Made by a program: the position numbers and the translations under genes. A model generated the notes under the pieces. That model saw nothing but the letters and a program-made list of their open reading frames with translations. It was not told where the DNA came from and made no database searches. A DNA stretch of 64,000 nucleotides from NCBI GenBank assembly GCA_029267355.1, contig JAJUJA010000003.1, forward strand, positions 22,519 through 86,518. The letters are read 5' to 3'. Numbering within the stretch: the stretch's first letter is position 1; every line of letters begins with the position of its first letter. Source of the stretch: Elusimicrobiota bacterium. Its GTDB lineage: Bacteria; Elusimicrobiota; Elusimicrobia; Elusimicrobiales; UBA9959. This document shows positions 8,390 to 15,393 of the stretch, piece by piece.

Positions 8390-9090
8390 AAAAGAAAAAG
8401 CTTCATATCTGTTCTTTCGGGCTTAAACCGTCGGATATCTCAATTGAAGCGGCTCAGATCATCAGGAACTGTGCGGTTGTATCAGATTCTCTTAGAAGCG
8501 ACAATAAGCTGGCTGAAGCGGCAAAAAGCTTTTCCTTCGCCAGGGCCTTTAATGATAAGGGCGAAAAGGGGGATTTAGAGAGAGAAATAAGAAAAGCGCT
8601 CAAAGAAAACGGCGAGGCCGCATATTTTACCTGCGGGAATCCGCTTTTTTTAAATGAGCTGCATTTGGGAATTATGAAAAAATTTTCAGCCGAAGCCGAT
8701 ATCAGGCTTTATCCGGCAGTTTCTTCGCTGGATTATGTTTTTCAGTTCATAAGGGAAAAATTTTTAATAGATGATTTTGACTGCGTCTGCCTTATGCGCC
8801 CCAGATTTTTCCCCAGGGAATATTCATATTCGCCTTTGCTGGTCTTTAATCCTTTTTCTCTGCTTAAAGATGCGGGAATAATGAAAAAATTCTGTTCCAT
8901 TGTAAGGCAGTATTATCCTGGCAGCCATAAAGCCTATGCAATAAAGCTGCCGGCATACCCGGATTACAGCTGCAGCTTGAGAAAATCCAGCGTTAAGGAT
9001 ATAGAAAAATTTTTGAGAAAAATGTCTCCAGAAGAGACCTTGTATCTGCCGGGCAATTTTAAAAATGAGAATTGCGAAAATGACTGGTGA
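8386..9090 (+). CDS. Tetrapyrrole-methylase-fold (TP_methylase superfamily) protein, divergent
   Basis: The motif order matches the fold: KLHICSFGLKPSDISIEAAQIIRNCAVV (cf. LYIVGIGPGD...L..A...l..advv), GEAAYFTCGNPLFLNE (cf. V-x-L-x-x-GDP), and IRLYPAVSSLDYVF (cf. v-PG-v-SS). GDP is changed to GNP. ATGA overlap at 8386-8389. Confidence 0.5.
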   Translation: MKKKKLHICSFGLKPSDISIEAAQIIRNCAVVSDSLRSDNKLAEAAKSFSFARAFNDKGEKGDLEREIRKALKENGEAAYFTCGNPLFLNELHLGIMKKFSAEADIRLYPAVSSLDYVFQFIREKFLIDDFDCVCLMRPRFFPREYSYSPLLVFNPFSLLKDAGIMKKFCSIVRQYYPGSHKAYAIKLPAYPDYSCSLRKSSVKDIEKFLRKMSPEETLYLPGNFKNENCENDW

Positions 9091-9162
9091 TTTGGGCTTT
9101 ATAAAATATCGGGCAAATAATGTACAATAAATTGATGGCCTTTGCCGCCAAAGGAGATTGAA

Positions 9163-10365
9163 ATGGATATAAAACCCGAAATTTTAAACAGGAAAATAAA
9201 ATCATACGAAAAGGATATGATCGCTTTCGCCAGAGACATGGTAAGGATCCCGTCTTTTTCATGTCAGGAAGGAAAACTGGTTGAAAGAATAAAGAAGGAA
9301 ATGATAAAAGCCGGTTTTGACAGGATAAAAATAGACTCAATGGGCAATATCATAGGCTTCATAGGCAAGGGAAAAACCAAGCTGATGATTGATGCTCATA
9401 TAGACACTGTAGGCGTCGGCGACCCCAAGGCCTGGAAAATAGACCCTTTCGCCGGAGTTTTTAAAAACGGCGCCATATACGGAAGAGGGGCCACTGATCA
9501 GAAGCTTTCAATGGTATCTATGGTGTATGCCGGCAAGGCTATAAAAGAGCTCGGCCTCGGCAAGGATTACACCTATATAGCTGTGGGTTCGGTTCAGGAG
9601 GAGGATTGCGACGGTTTGCCGCTTCTTCACATCATAAACAAGGAGAAAATAAAGCCGGATTTTGTCGTTTTGACAGAACCGACTAATCTGGCCGTTTACA
9701 GAGGCCACAGGGGAAGAATGGAGATGAAAGTTACTGTAAAAGGCCGATCCTGTCATGCTTCAGCTCCGGAAAGGGGAGACAATGCCATAACTAAAATGTC
9801 ATACATAGTCCAGGAGATAGACAGGCTGAATAAGAGGCTTAAAAATGACAAGTTTTTGGGAAAAGGCACGGTGGCTGTGACATTTACTGAAGCTAAGACG
9901 CCTTCTCTTAATGCCGTTCCCGATGAATGCGTCATTTATCTGGACAGGCGTTTAACTGTCGGCGAAACTCTCAAAAGCTCCGTAAAAGAAATAGAATCTC
10001 TGCCTTCTGTCAAGAAATTCAAGGCAAAGGTTGAAGTGCTGCAATATGACGCAGTTTCATGGACAGGGCTTAAGGTAGGGCAGGAGAAATATTTCCCTAC
10101 CTGGGTTTTGCCTGAAAATCACAAGCTTGTTCAAGCCGGAGCTGAAGCGGGCAAAGCATCGTTGGGGAAAATGCCTGTGGTTGATAAATGGGTTTTTTCC
10201 ACTAACGGAGTGGCCAGCGCGGGCAGGCTGGGAATTCCGACCATAGGTTTTGGGCCTTCAAATGAAGTTTATGCTCACACGGTTAATGAATTCATGCCGG
10301 TTGAACATCTGCTCAAAGCGGCTTCTTTTTATGCCTGCATAGGCGAATTTTTAACAAGCAAATAA
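9163..10365 (+). CDS. ygeY: YgeY-family M20 peptidase (putative selenium-metabolism hydrolase family)
   Basis: Long collinear similarity to E. coli YgeY as I remember it: VRIPSFSCQEG, DAHIDTVGVGD, VQEEDCDG, YRGHRGRMEMKVTVKGRSCHASAPERGDNAI, DKWVFSTNGV, GFGP. An AAAGGAG RBS precedes ATG 9163. The track start at 9142 is a TTG upstream of that RBS. Confidence 0.9.
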   Translation: MDIKPEILNRKIKSYEKDMIAFARDMVRIPSFSCQEGKLVERIKKEMIKAGFDRIKIDSMGNIIGFIGKGKTKLMIDAHIDTVGVGDPKAWKIDPFAGVFKNGAIYGRGATDQKLSMVSMVYAGKAIKELGLGKDYTYIAVGSVQEEDCDGLPLLHIINKEKIKPDFVVLTEPTNLAVYRGHRGRMEMKVTVKGRSCHASAPERGDNAITKMSYIVQEIDRLNKRLKNDKFLGKGTVAVTFTEAKTPSLNAVPDECVIYLDRRLTVGETLKSSVKEIESLPSVKKFKAKVEVLQYDAVSWTGLKVGQEKYFPTWVLPENHKLVQAGAEAGKASLGKMPVVDKWVFSTNGVASAGRLGIPTIGFGPSNEVYAHTVNEFMPVEHLLKAASFYACIGEFLTSK

Positions 10366-10377
10366 ACAGGAGGATAA

Positions 10378-11583
10378 ATGAGCGTAAAAATTAATAAATC
10401 TGAGATAATGAGCCAAATAGGCGAGCTTGAGGATCTCAAGGCGGACCTTTACGGGAAAGATTTTCTTCTTACCTGGGAAAAATCGGATGCCCAGCTTCAC
10501 AGCGTGCTTAAGATAGCCGAGATACTTAAACAGATGCATTCTGAAAACATTGACGTTTCAATGTTCAAAACAGGCCTTGCGGTTTCAAATTTCAGGGATA
10601 ATTCAACAAGAACCAGATTTTCTTTCGCCAGCGCCTGCAATCTGCTTGGTCTGGCTGTACAGGACCTGGATGAGGGGAAATCCCAGATAGCTCACGGCGA
10701 GACGGTGAGAGAAACAGCCAACATGATCTCCTTCTTGACCGAGGCCATAGGCATAAGAGATGATATGTTCATAGGAAAGGGTCATACTTATATGAAGGAA
10801 GTGGCTGAAGCCCTGGATGACGGCTATAAAAACGGCGTCTTAAATCAGAGGCCGGCTGTTGTTAATCTGCAATGCGACCTGGATCATCCGACGCAGACCA
10901 TGTCTGACTTGCTGTTTTTGAAAAATTACTTCGGCGGATTTGAAAAATTGAAAGGCAAAAAGATAGCAATGACATGGGCTTATTCGCCAAGCTACGGCAA
11001 ACCGCTTTCAGTTCCGCAGGGCATAATAGCGCTTATGACCAGATTCGGTATGGAAGTTGAGCTGGCCTATCCTCAGGGCTATGACCTGCTCGGCGAGACC
11101 ATAGAAATCGCCAAAAATAATGCGAAAAAATCTGGCGGCTCTTTCAAGATTTCAAATTCAATGGAAAGCGCCTTCAAAGATGCTGATATAGTCTATCCCA
11201 AGAGCTGGGCTCCTTACGCCGTAATGGAGAAAAGGACCAAGCTTCTTGAACAAAGGGACCAAAACGGCCTGAAGGAGCTTGAAAAGGAATGTCTAGCCCA
11301 AAATGCAAAATATGATTCATGGGAATGCGACGCTGATAAGATGAAACTTACAAGGAAAGGCGAAGCGGTGTATATGCATTGTCTTCCGGCTGATATAACA
11401 GGCGTGTCCTGCAAGAAAGGCGAGGTTTCGGCTGAAGTTTTTGAAAAATACCGCATCGGTACTTACAAGGAAGCCGGCTATAAGCCTTTTGTAATAGCCG
11501 CCATGATAGCCGCCTGCTCCAAGAAGAATCCTGCGCAGATTCTCAGGGAACTGTATAAGAAGGCGGAAAAAAGAGTTCTGTGA
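10378..11583 (+). CDS. ygeW: YgeW-type knotted carbamoyltransferase (ATC/OTC superfamily)
   Basis: KDFLLTWE, FRDNSTRTRFSFASA, DLDEGKSQIAHGETVRETANMISF, VNLQCDLDHPTQ, KKIAMTWAYSPSYGKPLSVPQG and YMHCLPADI are near-identical blocks to E. coli YgeW as I recall it. AGGAGG RBS. Confidence 0.9.
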   Translation: MSVKINKSEIMSQIGELEDLKADLYGKDFLLTWEKSDAQLHSVLKIAEILKQMHSENIDVSMFKTGLAVSNFRDNSTRTRFSFASACNLLGLAVQDLDEGKSQIAHGETVRETANMISFLTEAIGIRDDMFIGKGHTYMKEVAEALDDGYKNGVLNQRPAVVNLQCDLDHPTQTMSDLLFLKNYFGGFEKLKGKKIAMTWAYSPSYGKPLSVPQGIIALMTRFGMEVELAYPQGYDLLGETIEIAKNNAKKSGGSFKISNSMESAFKDADIVYPKSWAPYAVMEKRTKLLEQRDQNGLKELEKECLAQNAKYDSWECDADKMKLTRKGEAVYMHCLPADITGVSCKKGEVSAEVFEKYRIGTYKEAGYKPFVIAAMIAACSKKNPAQILRELYKKAEKRVL

Positions 11584-11603
11584 GTTGTTTGCTTGACTTG
11601 TTA

Positions 11604-11633
11604 CGGCGGGCTTTAATGCCCGCCGTGTTTTTT
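11604..11633 (+). terminator. Rho-independent terminator after ygeW
   Basis: Perfect 8-bp GC stem CGGCGGGC/GCCCGCCG (11604-11611 and 11618-11625), 6-nt loop TTTAAT, followed by TGTTTTTT. Confidence 0.8.
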
Positions 11634-13586
11634 ATGAGCGTTTATTCGTTTCTTTTTTCTATACTGCTTGCTTTGCCCCTATGCGCCGATGATTTTATAC
11701 AGTATTACTGCCGGGATATCAAAAAGCCTTTTTTTAAAATAGAAGAGGTAAATGGAGAAAAAAGAGTAAGACCGAACAGGCCCAAGGCGCATTATTTTGA
11801 TTTTCTATTTAAGAAGGCAGGCAACAAAAAAAGAGTTTTCATAATAGGCGAATCAGTTGCCGATATTCTTTATTCAAATAAAGATATGCCTCCCGGCCAG
11901 CCGTTCTGGGGCTTGAAAGATATTGAGATATTTGATTTCGGCATGGCTGCCTATGACAGTAAAAGATTGAAAGACGTTTTTTTGCAAAGTCTGGAATTTT
12001 CGCCTGATGCCGTGATAATAATGAGCGGGAACAATGAAAATTTCAATGAGCCTTGCACTGATATCTTCTCCATAACAAAAAAAAGATATCTGAATCTTTC
12101 ATACAGGCTGGCCAAACTTTTTTCAAATGAAAGGGAGAAGCTTTTCAATTTAAGCCTTGAAATTCAAAAAGATAATCTGTCCGAGATGATAGATAAGGCT
12201 TCAAAAAAAGGCGTAAAGGTTTTTGTAACTACGCTGCCTTACAATATTTTTCTTCCTCCCAGCGGAGAAAGACCTTCAAATAAAGAATATATCCCCGGCT
12301 ATCTGGCATACGATTCAGGCAAGTATCCGCTTGCGGCAGAAATTTTTGGAAAAATAGTTTTGAAAGATAAAACAAAGGAGCCTTTTGCCAGGTATTATCT
12401 TGGGATGTCTTTGTACAAAACAGGCAAAAAAAGGGAAGCCTTTGAAAAACTTGTTGAGGCGGTTAATTTTGATAATCGTCTTGACAGGGCGGGTTATACA
12501 AGAAATCAAATGCTGAGGCAGCTGGCTTTGGATAAAAAAATCGGGCTGATAGATCTTGAAAAGGAGTTTCTAAGAGTTTCAAACGACGCGTATTTTATAA
12601 AAGAGGATTTTTTTGCTGACGGGGTGCATTGGCTGAGAGAAAATAATTTTTCGATACAGAATTTCTTTGTTTCACAGTTAAGGGAGGCTTTTTTTAATGA
12701 AAAACCGGAAGCTCTAAAATGGACTGCCGAAGATTTATACGGCGAGAACCGCTCATCGCTGGCTTTATCTTATGCAGCAAGCTCTCTTTCTCTTAAAAAT
12801 CAGGATAAGATTTGCGAAATCAATGAAAGATCGCTTTATTTCCTTGACAGATATCTCTCTTATGGAGGAAAACTGGAGAAGGTGAATATCCTCAGGGAAC
12901 TCAAATCAAATTCTTTTGCCGCAGGATATGAAAAAATTTTTCTAAAGGCCTATCCATATCTTGCAGCTGAATATTTTTCAAGAAAAAGCCTTAAAAGAGA
13001 AGCAGAATTTTTTTTGGAATTGCTTGAGCCAAACGATGCGTGTTCCATAAAAGTGAAGCTTTCAGCCGCCAGCCGGAAGGGCGCTTGCAAAGAAATAGAA
13101 GCGCTTAAAGACGATTTTGAAAAGTCAAAACTTGCTGATTATTATTACGGCTATGGATGTTACGCCTGTTCCGGCATATGCAAAAACTTAAAAAAGAAAG
13201 ATTTTAAATCCGATCCCCAAAGAGATTTAAAGGCAAAAAAATATTCGGATAGGGCAGTTTTGCTCATAAAAGAAAACCGTCTTAAGGAAGCTGAAAAAGA
13301 GCTTGAAACCGCTCTTTCAATAAATCCCTATCATTTCGAAAGTTTGATGAATATGGCGTATGTTCTGCAATTGCTCAACAGATATGAAGAAGCCCCGGTC
13401 TTTCTGGATGCAGCCGAGGAAATATCAGGAAAACTTTCAAAATCGCAGGCTTGCGGCGTTTATCTTTCCAGAGCGTATATATTTGAAAAGACGGGCGACA
13501 GGGAAAAAGCTGAGATTGAGAGGGAAAAATCAAAATCTTTTTGCCGGGATATGGAGAATAATTCAGGCGGGGAAAGCAGGAAATGA
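11634..13586 (+). CDS. Exported SGNH/GDSL-like hydrolase fused to TPR repeats
   Basis: Signal-like N-terminus MSVYSFLFSILLALPLCA. SGNH blocks FIIGESVA (block I, GES rather than GDS), MSGNNE (block III) and DGVHW (block V). TPR-like helices in the middle and at the C-terminus (AEKELETALSINPYHFESLMNMAYV...). The start is moved to ATG 11634 because the track's GTG 11580 start would translate through the terminator hairpin. Confidence 0.6.
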   Translation: MSVYSFLFSILLALPLCADDFIQYYCRDIKKPFFKIEEVNGEKRVRPNRPKAHYFDFLFKKAGNKKRVFIIGESVADILYSNKDMPPGQPFWGLKDIEIFDFGMAAYDSKRLKDVFLQSLEFSPDAVIIMSGNNENFNEPCTDIFSITKKRYLNLSYRLAKLFSNEREKLFNLSLEIQKDNLSEMIDKASKKGVKVFVTTLPYNIFLPPSGERPSNKEYIPGYLAYDSGKYPLAAEIFGKIVLKDKTKEPFARYYLGMSLYKTGKKREAFEKLVEAVNFDNRLDRAGYTRNQMLRQLALDKKIGLIDLEKEFLRVSNDAYFIKEDFFADGVHWLRENNFSIQNFFVSQLREAFFNEKPEALKWTAEDLYGENRSSLALSYAASSLSLKNQDKICEINERSLYFLDRYLSYGGKLEKVNILRELKSNSFAAGYEKIFLKAYPYLAAEYFSRKSLKREAEFFLELLEPNDACSIKVKLSAASRKGACKEIEALKDDFEKSKLADYYYGYGCYACSGICKNLKKKDFKSDPQRDLKAKKYSDRAVLLIKENRLKEAEKELETALSINPYHFESLMNMAYVLQLLNRYEEAPVFLDAAEEISGKLSKSQACGVYLSRAYIFEKTGDREKAEIEREKSKSFCRDMENNSGGESRK

Positions 13587-14221
13587 GAAAATTGGTCTTG
13601 ATTTCTTTGTTCTTTTTTTACGGCTGCGCCTCCTACGAGAGAATACCGGATTCCCAGGGAGATTTCTTCGCTTTTGCCTCTTCCCATGTTTACGGAAAGG
13701 ATTATGAGATAGAGAAAAATGATAAAGGAGCGCCCTGTTCCGCCTTTGCTGTGCATGGCGGGCTTCTTGAAAGAGGAACTGATACCCTGGCAAAATCTTT
13801 TTCAAACCGCGGCGCCAATTATTACGCTTTTAAAATTATTTCGAAAAAAGGCCTGAAAAACGGGCATATAACTTCAACCAGATTTAATGAGCCGCAGGCG
13901 GTTTTTATGGCCGAAAAAAGCCAAAGCGTGATTTCTTTTCATGTTATGGTCGATAAAAGAGATATTGTTTGCGTGGGCGGCTTGAACAGGCCTTTGGCTG
14001 AAAGTTTTGTCCGTTCTTTAAACAGAAGGGGATTTAAAACGGAATATCCCTGTAAAAGATTGCCGGGCATCAGCCCCAAAAATATAGCCAATCTGGCGGT
14101 TCAAGGCGGGGTACAGCTTGAAATAAGCGTAAAACTTATGAAAAAACTTGATAAAAACCCCGCTAAACTTCTAAAATTTACAGAGTCGGTTGAAGAAGCC
14201 GCCTCAGGCTTCTGTTATTGA
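13583..14221 (+). CDS. Lipoprotein of the poly-gamma-glutamate hydrolase (PghP/YjqB, PF05908-like) family
   Basis: Lipobox LFFFYGC. AVHGGLLERGTDTLA, GHITSTRFNEP, VISFHV, VCVGGLN and GGVQLEIS match the family signature HGGgIEpGT / LHITSt-Fd-P / s-HG / vGG / GvQLE. Confidence 0.7.
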   Translation: MRKLVLISLFFFYGCASYERIPDSQGDFFAFASSHVYGKDYEIEKNDKGAPCSAFAVHGGLLERGTDTLAKSFSNRGANYYAFKIISKKGLKNGHITSTRFNEPQAVFMAEKSQSVISFHVMVDKRDIVCVGGLNRPLAESFVRSLNRRGFKTEYPCKRLPGISPKNIANLAVQGGVQLEISVKLMKKLDKNPAKLLKFTESVEEAASGFCY

Positions 14222-14248
14222 TTTTAGAATTTTTAATGGAGAGAAAAT

Positions 14249-15367
14249 ATGCCTAATAAAAAAACGGTTAGAATATTCGCCTTTGGCGGGAATGAAGTTT
14301 CGCCTGTCGGGTTAAAAGATCCGGTTACCGGAAAGGCTATAAATCCGGATATAGCCATGCAATGGAAAAGAACTGCCCAGACCCTTAAAAACGTCGCAGA
14401 TATATTTGAGAATCACCCTGACGATTATTATGTCCTTACCCACGGCAACGGGCCGCAGGTCGGCAATGTGCTTTTGAGGGCCGAATTATGCAGAAACACG
14501 CTTCCGCCCCTGCCTCTTGATGTTTGCGGAGCCGATACTCAGGGCGCTATGGCTTATATGATAGCCCAGCTCAATAATGAGCTCAATATAAGAGGCATAG
14601 ACAATATAGTTACCGGCATAGTCACTCAGGTAGTGGTGGACAAGGACGACCCGGATTTTAAAAATCCCAGCAAATATATAGGCCCTTCTTATACCAAAGA
14701 GGAAGCCAAAGAGAGAATGGAGAAAGAAGGCTGGGCCATGAAGATGTATAAAAAGGATGAGAAAGGGAATGAAATATGGCGGAGGGTTGTTCCTTCTCCG
14801 GCGCCGAAAGATATAGTTGAAATAGACGCGATAGAGGCAGTGCTTGAGAAAAAGCTGGTTCCTATAACAGTGGGCGGCGGCGGGATACCGGTAAGAGAGG
14901 TCTCTCCGCAAATAAAGGACGGGCAGGAAATTTATGAGTTCAACTACGGCGTTTCTCTGGCAAGGCCCCACAAACAGGGACAAAAACCCCTGAAAATGTA
15001 CACCGGGGTTGAAGCTGTTATAGACAAGGACCTGGCCAGCGCCTTTCTTGGAAATATGCTTATGAAAAGGGCGGAAAGCCGCGGAGAGGAGATGGATGTT
15101 ACGCTGACCATTTTTACCGGAGAGGACGGAGTTAAAATAAACTATCAGAAGCCGGACCAGAAGGATATAAGAGTCATAAAGGTCAGCGAGCTTGAGAAAA
15201 TGTACAACTCCAATCCCTGCCCCTTCCCTCCCGGAAGCATGGGGCCTAAGGTGAAAGCCTGCATAGATTTTATAAAGAACGGCGGAACTGCGGCCTATAT
15301 AACCAAGACTGAGCTTTTTGATAAAACGCTTAAGGGAGAAGCAGGCACTACGGTTATACCCGGCTGA
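14249..15367 (+). CDS. Carbamate kinase family protein (long form, 372 aa)
   Basis: FAFGGNEV, THGNGPQVGN (carbamate kinase signature), GADTQGAMAY, and GGGGIPV. GGAGAG RBS. Confidence 0.8.
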   Translation: MPNKKTVRIFAFGGNEVSPVGLKDPVTGKAINPDIAMQWKRTAQTLKNVADIFENHPDDYYVLTHGNGPQVGNVLLRAELCRNTLPPLPLDVCGADTQGAMAYMIAQLNNELNIRGIDNIVTGIVTQVVVDKDDPDFKNPSKYIGPSYTKEEAKERMEKEGWAMKMYKKDEKGNEIWRRVVPSPAPKDIVEIDAIEAVLEKKLVPITVGGGGIPVREVSPQIKDGQEIYEFNYGVSLARPHKQGQKPLKMYTGVEAVIDKDLASAFLGNMLMKRAESRGEEMDVTLTIFTGEDGVKINYQKPDQKDIRVIKVSELEKMYNSNPCPFPPGSMGPKVKACIDFIKNGGTAAYITKTELFDKTLKGEAGTTVIPG

Positions 15368-15393
15368 TTTTACCGGAAGCTGCGGCTAAAAGT

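Noticed and set aside
13360-13805. Three overlapping ORFs (13360-13707 +, 13460-13756 -, 13563-13805 -) at the SGNH-TPR / lipoprotein junction, considered as a possible small-gene hotspot.
   Set aside because: All overlap the two well-supported plus-strand genes in other frames. Their Arg/Lys/Phe-rich translations are typical of off-frame reads.
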